64,000 nt of DNA, from contig OU015569.1 of NCBI GenBank assembly GCA_907165135.1, positions 11,284,001 through 11,348,000 of the forward strand, in the 5' to 3' direction. Positions 51,228 through 62,667 of this stretch are shown here, piece by piece (within the stretch, counting starts at the first letter, position 1; each line of letters begins with the position of its first letter). The notes under the pieces were generated by a model, which was not told the origin of the DNA, did not search any database, and worked only from the letters and a program-made list of their open reading frames with translations. Origin of the DNA: Oikopleura dioica (lineage: Eukaryota; Animalia; Chordata). The translations under genes were made by a program, and so were the position numbers.

Positions 51228-52738
51228 ATGACAGTACCGGGGCAAGAAATGAAGTTCCGACCGGGTTTTCGCCCGGAATTCCGCGGCCCAGCGCCTCCTC
51301 GTAATCAGGGACCTCGTGGACCACGGCCACAAGCCTTTATTCCTCATATTCCTTTTGACTTTTACATGAGTCCGGATAGTTTTCCAATGGCTGTTGATCC
51401 CGAGTGCGAAGCCGCGCGTGATCTCCATCTCGAAGAATGTCTCATTCAAAAGAACGACGACTTGCTTCCCACCGAAACGCTTTGCCGGGAACTCGCCTTG
51501 CTCGCCAACAGGGTTTGTTCTGCGCTGGAAGAGTTGATCGTCAACCCTGGAGAAGGTAGACGAATGAGTGTTATAGTCCGAGGCTGTCTTGTAGCCTCGA
51601 GAGATTATTTATTGAATAAATATTCGATCCTAGAGATCTTAATTTTATACGATGAGCGACCCCATTTTTCTGACCGTGGTCCTAGTAGCAAATCATTTTA
51701 TCAACGGTAGCTGTACTCGTTCATACACATTTTTCTCAAAGTGAAGTAGCAATTACGGTCTCTCCTTAATCAATCCTAAATGAGAAGGAATAAATAGTAA
51801 AATCCACCTAGGATGCCCTGGAATCGAAGACGTCAAAGTAGTGGGAAGCTTCAAGAAAGGAACGATGCTCAACGGATCAGTAACGGCCGATGTCGTCGCT
51901 CAATTGCGATCGCTTCCGACTCACGAAGTCGTGCAGCGATTATCGCGCCGTGTGCTCGAAGAAATGCGTGCTATCGCCGGTTACACGCCAGTTACACTTC
52001 TCCCAAATGAAAACGGTTTTGAAATTTCGTCGACGGATTGCTCTGTCCGAGTGATGGTCGGTACAGCGCCGGAGAACTTGAACAAACTCGAGCCAGGACT
52101 GCACTTGGAAAAGAAGCACGTTTCCAAAGCGGTAGAAGCGGTCAAACATGCGAATTGGTTCGAAATCGAGGCGAGTGACAACACGATCAGAACGCTCGTC
52201 AGAATAGTCAAAGATCTCAAGTCGCGCTACAGAGAAATGGACGCTCTCTCGCCCTGGATGATCGATTTGCTGTGCCACCACGCGGTTCTCTCAAATCCTC
52301 TTGGAGAATCACTCCCTCTTCCAAAAGCTTTCAGAAGATTGATTCAAGTCCTCGCTGGTGGCATCTTCCTCCCTGGCTCTGGTAAGCCTTCGAGCTCTAA
52401 CCCTAACCTAACCCCTACTCAGTTGGTCTAACCGATCCCTGCGCTTCCGGCCCCTACAGAATCCACACGACGCTTTCTCTCGAAGAACAAGACCAAATTT
52501 GCATGATCGCACAGACGTTACTACGCGCACTAGGAAAGGTCCAATTAATAATTTCTACGAATCATTGATAATTGAAAGCGTTATTGTTTTTTGATCAATC
52601 TGACGACCTCGGAAAAAAGCTCACGGTGCAGTGAAGCGTGTGCTTGGAATGGAAGAGGAAGGAGTGATCAATGATGTTCTTTTGCTGGAAGAAGTGACGG
52701 TCATTCCGTCGGAGAGGGTTTTCATGGGCAAGGCGTAG
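51228..52738 (+). CDS. ILF2: interleukin enhancer-binding factor 2 (NF45), 4 exons
   Basis: FIPHIPFDFY, VGSFKKGTM, LSPWMIDLLCH, GIFLPGS|VGLTDPC, HGAVKRVLG...VTVIPSERVF. Confidence 0.93.
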
Positions 52739-53019
52739 TCAACAACAGACTGCTTTTAGTAAGTGAAGATATAGGCTTTAGTTCAAACTTAATCAGTTAT
52801 TCTCGTTTTTCTGCTCATCAACGTTTTCGGCGCATAACTTATTTTCGATTTTGATTTACATTTCAACAACCCCACCACATCTATCGAGAATTCTTTTTCT
52901 CGAAGCCAAATTGCCATTATGGTCTTTGCTAATTCAACCCTAATAATGTATTATCTAACCAACGCATCGTATTTATTGATTCGAGTATTCTTTTTTGAGC
53001 GCAGTAAACATCGTTTTAT

Positions 53020-54118
53020 TCAGAGTCGCACTTCATTATCGACCCCAGTGGAATCGTGTTCCATGTTAGACAGTGTGGCAAACGAAGTCGGAACATCCTG
53101 GAACGCCGGTTTTGCTGCATACCTAAAACTCATTTAAACAAAACACGCATTTACATTTTGTGCAATTTTATCTGCCGTTTATCGCCAATTTATCAAAAGA
53201 AAAAATTACCAACCTCGGTCTGTAAAAATCCGTCGATTGGGGCAAGTCCCACTCGTTTTGCTTGCGACACTTCGTCAGCCCTTAGAAACAATTTAACTAA
53301 ATTTCAAGTTACTGTTTGAAAAAATGCTGTTCATACAACTTTAATAATAAAAGTTAATATCAATATTGTAAATTATCATCAGTTTATTTTTACCATAAGC
53401 AGCTACTGCCAGGATGAGCACTGCGCCAACTATTGAAAAGACGATTATGAGCACCAGTCGCGCTAGAAATCAGTTAAAAATTTTAACCCCTTGTCGCGGT
53501 ACGAGCAATTTTTCGGTCCATTGAAATCCAGTTGAATTATCAAACTATCTTTCCAGCCAATCGGTTTTAGAATGAATTAAGGGTATACCATCAATATCAA
53601 TTGTTTGAAAAGTCTGTGTCCTAACCCTAACCTTATCCATAGACTCCTTATTCTAACCTTTCCAATCAAGGCCAGTAGTCATTTTCGCGACAGTAGTCAA
53701 ATCGGCCATGCTCAACGCTTCAGTGAAGTTCGCCCCCAAATCAGTGATCGTCGAGTTTGTCGCCGGTTCCTGATTATAAAGAACCGAAGCAGTATTACTC
53801 TCCACTCCCCCAACTTCCGGAGGAATCGAATTTTCAACTGCATTTGCTTCTATCTTTGCAATGGCTTCTGCTTCTTTCTAGAACAAAAATTAACTCAACC
53901 CTTTTTTCTCTCTTTTTCATTTCCATTCGTTTGTTCTCAACCTTTCTCATCAAATTGGACATTGCCATCAACATGAATTTCTCTATAAAAGCTGGATGTA
54001 AACCCGACATCGCCATGATCCTTTTTTCTATTCTTCTTCCTCTTTTTTTCACATGGAGAGTGAATGCGACGATTTTTTCCGGATCCGCTTTTCTCTTTGT
54101 CGTCAATAATTGACGCAT
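53020..54118 (-). CDS. hypothetical single-pass membrane protein, multi-exon; start uncertain
   Basis: Short exons encode an S/T/N-rich region, the hydrophobic stretch LVLIIVFSIVGAVLILAVAAYGL, and a cytoplasmic tail ending GVDNEVRL*. Confidence 0.5.
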
Positions 54119-54194
54119 TCGTAATTGCCTGACATGAATGTTTCAAAAATGCCCAGAAAAATAAATTTGAAATTCTCTTCCTCCGAATTTAAGA

Positions 54195-56802
54195 ATGGCT
54201 GATCAAGATGCCTTTAAAAAAGCTCTTGCCGAAGCGAGGGCGAAGGCGGCCAAGTTTAGGGAGGAAGGAAAGCTTCCTCCCGAAGACCCAAATGCTAAAA
54301 ATATTAAGGTAAATGTCCCTTACTGCATTTCATGTTTAAATCATTCTTCAGCATTTCGTGGCCCCGAAAGGATCGCAACAAATCATCGCCGCTGGAGGAC
54401 AAGAGTATCGAGATCTCGGCTTGGGGCGAAGGCCAGCCCGGCTCGCCCTAGAAGACAGAGACCATGGATCCAGCTGGAGTGGGAGAGGCGGCGGTGGGGG
54501 CGGAGGATCTGGAGGATACGTCGGGGCGAGTGGTGCTGGTCCAGATTATAGGGATGCTGCTGGATCCGCGCAGTCGAGAGAGGGAGGAGATGATAGGGAC
54601 AATTCGTCGAGATATAATAGGAAACGGGCTTTTTTTAATTCGGTAAAGAAATGAAGGGCCGTACTATTTCATAAAGAAAAATAATCATGCTTGTATTTTG
54701 TCGACGCTCGTCGCATAGTCTTTAAAATCTATTTTCTAATTTGAGATTAACTTATGGTTTTCATATTCGACATTTACTTTTACCCTTCGTTTCTAATCCA
54801 CAACAATATTTGAAAAGTCCCTTCTACAGAGACTCCTACAACGGCTCCTTTGTCGGTTCCGGCGGAAACGGACCGGGCGGCTATTCCGGAGGCCGAAATC
54901 AATACGACAACGATGGTGGAGGACGATTTGGAGGCGGAGGCGGATTCCACCGCGACCGAGAAGACCCAGACGCCGATTACAAGATCTTCGTCGGCGGGCT
55001 CGATCGGACAACGACGACCGAAAGACTGCAAGAGTACTTTTCGGCGTACGGGCCGATTAAATATTGCCAAGTCAAAGTAGGGCCGGGAGTAGTTAACCCG
55101 GGGCTGACTGTTTAGGTTGATCCGGATTCGGGTGAATCGCGCGGCTTCGGCTTCATCGTCTTCGAATCGACGCACTCCGTCGACAATGTCATCAAGAACC
55201 TGCCTCATTCGATCGACGGAAAAAGGGTGGACGCGAAGAGACAACACCTCAAGACGAAAAACGGCGACGACAAACTCTTCTGCGGCGGCGTTCCATCCGA
55301 CTTCTCCGATGGCATGCTTGCCGACTTCTTTACTACCTACGGAATGGTCAGTTCCGTTCATTTTTAAATTGGTCTTTCCCTTGATTTTTGATGGTTTTGT
55401 GCGAAAAAAGACCAAAAAACCTGCGGTTTCAATGGTTTTTAGTCTTAAAACAACCAAAATCGTCGTAATAACGGCTTATTTTATTGGCTTTTTTGACAGT
55501 TTTAGCGTTAAACCATCAAAAAACCAACGAATTCGGTTGGAAAATGTTGAAATTTTGAGTAAAAAAAAATTTACAAAACGACACCGATGGGATTCGAACC
55601 CACGCGTGCAGAGCACATTGGATTAGCAGTCCAACGCCTTAACCACTCGGCCACAGTGTCTTGGACGCCCAGCTGGGATGTTCCATTTATGAAAAAGAAC
55701 ATTTGGGGACTTTGGTTTTTTTATTCTTGAGTTGTTTTAACCGAGGCTTTAATTTTAATACCGGATTTGTTAGTTTTCCAAAATTAGCTAAAAATAGCTT
55801 AGAATTCATCTCGTAAAATGGAAAGGCGTGGTTTTTCTAGGGTCTACTCTTCAAAAAATCATTTTAGGTTGATGCCGTCGAGCGACCACGTGATATGAAC
55901 ACAGGCATGCCAAAGGGCTTTGCGTTTATCACCTTCAAGGACCCCGGAATAGTCGCCAAGATTGTCACCCAAAGGTGATTAGGCTCAATCCCCACTTTTG
56001 GGCTCATTTCTTTCAATTTCAGGTGGCTAACACTGCCCAACGGCGCTAGAATCGAATGCAAAGCAGCAGTACCTCAAGACAAATCGAAAAATAATGCTGG
56101 CACGCAACAGGTAATACAGTTACAGCCACTGTAAGCGTCTACTGATCGTGTAATGAATAGAGTTCTTACGTATCCGGGTATTCGGACGGGTACGATCCGA
56201 CTGCCGGCGTTGGATATACCGGCGAAGACTGGCAAAAAACGGACTGGAGTAAAATGGCTGAAAATGATATGTTCGTCGCAGGGGGAAATTCGCAATCGGC
56301 GATGGGACAGAATCCTGCGTTCAATATGATGACCGGAATGGAAGGAATGAGCCAGAAACAAATGAACAAGTAAGCCTCTTACTGTAAGACCATAAAACAG
56401 CTGGGACTCTGGGGTTTTCCTATCGAATCAGAAGCCATGATTTGTTTTCTCGGCCAATCAAAAAGCGAAGGACGACTTTTGTCGATAGAGTCGCTATTTT
56501 GAGGAAGTCCGTGGATTTATATGATCTGTAATTTCTAATTCAGGCAAATGAAGAAGATGATGAAGCAGTTTAACACAATGATGGAACAGATGGCGGGCGG
56601 TGACCAGAACCAAATGATGCAAATGATGATGATGATGGGTGGAATGGATCCATCAACGATGGACCCAAGCGGCGCCACAGCCAGTGGCAACCCTCCACCA
56701 CCTCCAGAGGAAAGCAGTACCGGCTCAGGTTAGCACTTTCGATTGAATAAAAACGTAACAATCCTACTTCCAGCGAAACGCTCGAGATTCACACCCTACT
56801 GA
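54195..56802 (+). CDS. two-RRM hnRNP D/AB (squid/Musashi-related) RNA-binding protein, multi-exon
   Basis: KIFVGGLDRTTT...SRGFGFIVF (RRM1). KLFCGGV...KGFAFITF (RRM2). G/R/D-rich N-terminal region, M/Q-rich tail, C-terminal KRSRFTPY* (PY-NLS-like). Confidence 0.85.
55579..55660 (-). tRNA. tRNA-Ser(GCT), antisense within an hnRNP intron
   Basis: GACACTGTGGCCGAGTGGTTAAGGCGTTGGACTGCTAATCCAATGTGCTCTGCACGCGTGGGTTCGAATCCCATCGGTGTCG; long variable arm; T-rich run downstream. Confidence 0.97.
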
Positions 56803-57382
56803 TAAAATGCTCTTCCACTACTAGCCTTTCATGAACAGAGAAGGTAATTGCGATTATGAAAAATTCTCAAATTTATTTTTTAAAAATGTATTTCTTTCTA
56901 ACTTTCCCTACTTTGCGAAATAAATGTGCAATCATCAATGATAAAAAAAATTAATTACCTTTCTTTCGCAAGGTAAGAGTTCCATTATTGTTAGATTTAT
57001 TAATTTTCACGCGCAATTTGAAGCAATTAAAAACAATCTTAAGGGGTCCTCAATCACCAAAACCGCGCGAATGCTTCTCCCACTGAAGTCACGATGTCGG
57101 TATTACTATTTGAGATTTACCATGATTTATGCCATTTGAGAGAGATTCACCCTTTTAGATTGTGCTTATAAAAAAAGACTTTCCTCCCTGACTTTTTTTA
57201 ACATTTAAGGTTACCGTCTCATCACATGTAGCGAGCGTGTTAAAAACAAAAAATACAAACAAACAAAATAAACTAGTGTGTCACAAGTTACTGCACTATC
57301 ATCATATTTGTTACTCGTAACCGTTTAAAACAATGCTGGTCATTCCTGGTCAAATAAAACCAATTTTTTTGTAATTATAATT

Positions 57383-57440
57383 GCTCGGCAACCTGTTTGA
57401 CAGGTCCCCTCCTGTACCCAAACCTGAGTCAGGGTTTTAG
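57383..57440. mobile_element. truncated family A element
   Basis: GCTCGGCAACCTGT...AAACCTGAGTCAGGGTTTTAGGCAGG. Confidence 0.5.
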
Positions 57441-57645
57441 GCAGGCTCATTAATGTCTCTTCCTTTCTTCCTTGATTTCAGGCATCATTCAAGACATCTT
57501 TTCTTTCGCTGATCTGAAGATAGGTTGCCGAGTCTGGTAATAGTTTTGGTTGGTTGTTTTTCTTTTTTATTATTTACAGCAACGAAATTGAAAGATTGAT
57601 TGCTTGAGCAGGAAGTTTGTACAGTAAGTTGCCTCTTTCTTTCTC

Positions 57646-60269
57646 TCAGTTTTTGGTCGTGTCGAGGACCATGAGCGCGGCGAAGAGTGTGACGAGCATT
57701 TTTTGTTTGACCTCGATGATGTCGTCTGGCAGCGCGTAGACAGTGGCTCCCAATTTTCGAGCTTGGGATAGAGCGTAACGAGCGTTGCTGTACTTGTCTT
57801 CCTCCTTCATCATGTCGGGACGGGAAGTGTTGACGACGGAGAAGTCGATTGTTCCAGGGACGATGGCGTTGATCAATCTGTAGATGGGAAGAGAAGTCGA
57901 GATGTTCTGGTCTTTGAAGGAAGAAACTTGGTGCTCTTGAGGCAACTTTTCGTTGACCCATTTGAGGATGTCCGCGTCGGAGACGGGTTTTCCATCGCCC
58001 AGTTCTTGCAGAACCTTGGTCGTGTATGCTCGCATCATTTGCCAAAGAAGCGCCTGGACGAATGTTTTATGCTCGTCGTAAATGTCTTTTCCCTCGATTC
58101 CGGTCAATTTGAATCCCATCTCTTTGCCCATATCCACGACTCGCTGGCAGTTTCCGATCTTGCTCATCATCGCAGTAAAAGACTGAAATAATCAGGTAAC
58201 AATTGACGGAGAATAGAAGCGTTACCTTGAAGTTTCTATCGACCTTGTATTTCCCAGCGATATTAGGGTCAATTTTCTTCATAACATCGTAAAGAGCAAC
58301 ACCGCTTCTGATATCGTTGTAAATTCTGATGATTCGTGGGTTGGCTCCAAGCGAGTTCATCCAATTTCGATAACTTTAAAAATCTCCAAGTCAGTTTTTG
58401 TTCAACAAGAGGCGGACTTACGTTTTCTCCTCCCTGGTCTCGTTGATGATTGCAATGTTTTCAGCGACGAGGGCAGGATGATTGTTGAAGAGATTCGCGA
58501 TGAAAGCCAGGTTTAATTTTTCTTTCTTGTTGACAACGTCGCGTGGAGTCAGGAAAGCTCGGCACTCGAGCTGTTCGGCAAGCTTGAGCATCTTTTCCGC
58601 TCGCTCGAGGTCGCTGTTAGCGCTGTGGTCGGAGCTGATTCTGGGCATGTGATCTTCGGGTTGAATCTGGCTCAGCAGATGGATGTAAGCAATAGAATCT
58701 GAAGAGGAAATCATTCTTTTGAGCAATTATTGCTTGTTTTACCGGCCAAGTCTTTCTTGAAATTGGTGATGAGCGGCAGTCCTTCGTAAGACTTGTCATT
58801 TCGAAGATGGAAGTTGAACCAACGAAGAAGAATTCCCTCTGGTCCGAGTCGCTGCAGATCGCTGAGTTCTTCATCCTTAATTTTGAGGATTATTTTTACT
58901 CAAATGGGATTATCATTACCTCTTCAAGGAGAGCCGCGATGTGGGGATTTTGCTCGAGAGAAACACCAGCCATGAGTCCGATTTCAATGATCTGCCAGAT
59001 CAAGCTGAAATTATTCATAAGAAAGAGGTTTGAAAACTGATGATTACCCCAAGATCAGATGTCCCTTGCCTTCCATGATGTCCTGGGCGCCGACATTGAC
59101 GACGGTTGCGCCGATGGAAATTGCAGATTGGATCGCTAAATTGCAGTTTTCTGTTTGTCGGAAAGTGTCGACCGAGTCTTTCCCAGGCTTTGGCTTGTTG
59201 ATTGAGCGTTCATCAATCGTGTCGGGCACGGCCGAGTTGATTAGCTTGCAAAGGAGAATTCCGTCTTTGCATTTTTCGAAGAGATCTTCATTTTCGATCG
59301 AAAGTGGCTGAATGAAGCGATAAGTGACTGTAACAAGCAGCGCTGGCGGATCAAATATATAGTGCTCTTGGCGGTGGAGGTGCAGGGCCTGGTTAGCTCA
59401 GTCGGTAGAGCGTTGGACTTTTAATCCAACGGTCGCGGGTTCGAGTCCCGCATTAGGCTCATATTTTGATTTTCTAGCAGAGTGAGTGATTGAAATTCGA
59501 AAAGCTCGGTTTTCTGAAGAGCTAAGGTTCGATCAATAGTCATTTTCTTAATTTATATGTTAAATATGGGGCTTATGGGTTTTTCAGCCAATAAGAAGCC
59601 TGTTTTCTCACCCTGAGCCAATCACAAACCAGCATACCCACGACGAAAACCCATTATTCTCACACCTCCACCTGGGTTCCCAGGTTGGACCCGCGTGAGA
59701 AAAATACGTGAGAAGTTCAGTTTGTTCTTACCAGTAAATGTTTGAGATCCTTGTCTTTTCCAAGGACCCGATTGCACCAATCTGCAAATCCGACTCTTTC
59801 TTCAACTGGATACGAGTGGTAGGACTTGGTCACTGAGCCGATTCTATTGACGCCCTTGGCCTCCTTTGTGTTCTCAGCAAACGTCCGCCCAATATCCCTG
59901 TAATGAACTTTACAAACGAATCTGCAAATAAAAGGCGAACGAACCCTTGGTGCCGGAGCTGAACAAATTTCACGACGAATTCAGCCCATGTGATTGCTGT
60001 CGGGGAAGCGCGCTGCCATTTGGAAAGCAAGTCTCTGACCTCGTGACCTGTGATTTTGTGGCCAGCGTCGTTGAAGGCCTGGCGCAGCTCAGATACGTCT
60101 ATTTCTCCGCTGTTGTCTCTGAAGAACAAGATTTTTATATGTTAGTCGTCCATGATTCCAACCTGTCAATTTTGATAAATGCTTCTGCCGCGTCGTGAAT
60201 ATCTTCATCCCTGTTCTCTTGAATTTCAAGGTTCTTCGTTTGCTCAATAAGTTGCTCGACAGTAGTCAT
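57646..60269 (-). CDS. PLS3: plastin/fimbrin (EF-hands plus four CH domains), multi-exon
   Basis: D|RDNSGEIDVSELRQAF, HSYPVEERVGFADW, CKDGILLCKLINSAVPDTIDER, IGATVVNVGAQDIMEGKGHLILG, LNLAFIANLFN, LTLALLWQMMRAY-like segment, ARKLGATVYALPDDIIEVKQKM. Confidence 0.95.
59387..59459 (+). tRNA. tRNA-Lys(TTT), antisense within a plastin intron
   Basis: GCCTGGTTAGCTCAGTCGGTAGAGCGTTGGACTTTTAATCCAACGGTCGCGGGTTCGAGTCCCGCATTAGGCT. Confidence 0.95.
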
Positions 60270-61745
60270 CTCGATTGATCTTCAGTAGTTTTGATTTCGA
60301 TAATTTCCCGGATATTCTCTTTCAAAGTTTCGAGTATCTGAAAAAATAATCCACGGTTTATATACCCGAGTCTGGGATGATGGTGCACATACACATACAG
60401 GTCTCGTGAATCATGAGAAAATGACTGTTGAAAAACGTCAGTAAGCACAATAACGCGAAGGGCAAATATATGCATTGTTGCCTTTCGGGGCAAAGTCCTT
60501 ATAAAAAGAGTTCTCTCCAGCTGCGAGCGAAAAAAAGGAGAGTGGGAGGGTCCGCTTTCTTTTTTCCTTCGCTGGGCAAATATTTTCCATCCGGTACGAT
60601 TTTTTTTTGTAACAGTGAAGAAAAAATAAAGTGTTTGGACGGGGCCCACTGTCTTTCCATGCGCAAATACCGAGTGGCTTCTTTATGCTCGAGTTTTTCT
60701 ATTATTCAAACGGATTTGGCCAGAATCCTTTGTAAAATTATCATGAGCGGACGTTTCAAGGTCGAAATCATATCGTAAAAAGACAACTTTTTTGAAGCGG
60801 AAAAGATATTGATAAAACATTAGTGAAGAAAAATCTTTTACTGGATACTGGAGTTAGGCTTTAGGGTTGAGTAGGGCTTGGGTCAAGGGCCCTGACTCAG
60901 TCTTAAAAACTCTTTTTTAGACAATTACTAAGAATTAAGGGATCGCCCAATCTACTATCAAAGACCATAACTAGAGCATTATTTTGAATTATTGAATGAA
61001 AATGATTCCTAGTATGGTTGTAAAAATGAATAACCGAAGCCGTCAGTGTATGCCAAATCCTTTTTAGAATGGATGGTCATTGACCATTGGTCAATTAAGA
61101 AAATGAACGCTTCCTCTTAGTGATATACGCTTCGATTTAGCAAATCTCTGTATTTGAATTTGAAATATATCGAGGAAAAGAACAAAGGGGAAATGATGTT
61201 CCATCTCAGCGAAAAACGAGAGCGAGGCACAAGAGTGTGTTCCTTTAAACAAGCACCCTCAAGGATGTCGTTTTTGTTCGTGCCCTCTGACTGAGAAGGT
61301 GGATAACTCAAATACTCGATATTATTTCTTTTCAGAAATGGGTAACACCTTCTCAGTATTCGCCGCTCAAATATTGACTGTTCCCCGTAAACAAAAACAA
61401 GAAAAGAACGCTTCTATTTACTGCCATTTTATAGAATAATTACTGGATTATTCGCAATTTAAATCTGTCACAATTAGAAGTGCCCGTCGTTTTAGCTCTT
61501 CAAATTGAATATTTATCCTCAAATATTTATTTTATATCTCTTTCTTCTCTGGGCGGTATTAATACTTCCGCTTTACTGTCCAAAGAAATTCGCCAAATGG
61601 ACTAAAATTGACTTTGTCTCTCTTTCTTTTCGCCGCGAAAAAAACACACTAAGAGGGCCCCAATAAAACATCAAGAAAAGTATTTTACGGGGGGTTAATA
61701 AACCTAACTCTCTACTTAGTACTTGGTGGGTTACAGGACAAAAAG

Positions 61746-61859
61746 CTGAGCTCGGCAACCTGTGTACTAACCCTGAGTCAGGATTTGAAAGAGCTTTGCC
61801 AATGGATAAAGCCCTTTCAAATCCTGACTCAGGGTTAGCACACAGGTTGCCGAGCCCAG
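61746..61859. mobile_element. palindromic MITE-like element, family A (best-preserved copy)
   Basis: CTGAGCTCGGCAACCTGTGTACTAACCCTGAGTCAGGATTTGAAAG...CTTTCAAATCCTGACTCAGGGTTAGCACACAGGTTGCCGAGCCCAG; near-perfect ~50-bp arms. Confidence 0.85.
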
Positions 61860-62667
61860 AGCGAAAACACTCTATAACAGAATTTTCTTTTCTCTGTTTT
61901 CGGGGAAATCGTTTCTGAATGAGAAAGAAGAAAAAAAAACCGTGGGTTAAAAAAAAGTATGCAGTAGTAGGTAGCGCCTCCCCCACTGCGTGCTGATTTC
62001 ACCCTAATTAGCGGAGGAATTGTTGTGCCGCGGCATTGCTCTAATTTAGGCGAAATAATTAATTGACTTGCAATTTATTGAGCCAAAAAGGAGGCTTTAT
62101 TGGGTGAAAAGCACGCAGAAGAGGAAGGGACCCACAGATGGCGAAAATAGTAGAATCGATTTTGAACAGGAGGGTGGGCTAGCTACGACAGATTTTTTGA
62201 TTAGCCGAATTTCAAATTTAGAAATTCGCAATCTTGGGCCAAGCATCTGAATTTTTCTCGATAAGAAGTTTCTTCTAAAAGAAAGCTAAATCTACCGACT
62301 GAGATCAAGGAAGAGAACAATTGTCTAAAAAGATGTAATTTTAGTTTGTTTATTTATCAAAAAAAAGAATAAATAAGGCAGTAGAATATATAAAAAAAAG
62401 TGAGTATATGACAGTGAATACATGTGAAGTGCTTTTTTCCAATTAGAATTTTAAAAGTTTGCTTGTTTCTTTTTCCAGTCCATTTTTTTTTCTTAAAATC
62501 GTTTTGACATTTCTTGCAATATTTTGTTTGAAGAATTCTGTGTAAAGATAAAATGCATCGAATTTCTGATTGGGCGATGCTCATGCTACAGCGCCACCTC
62601 TCTAGCAGCTGATGGAAAAAAGGCATTTTCTAGCCCAGGTTTATAAAGAACCTTTTTTTATCTTTTC

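Noticed and set aside
62586-62612. CTCF site (AGGTGGCGCTG on the minus strand; similar GTGGCGCCC in family C)
   Set aside because: Only the 3' half of the motif matches, and the conserved 5' CC is missing.
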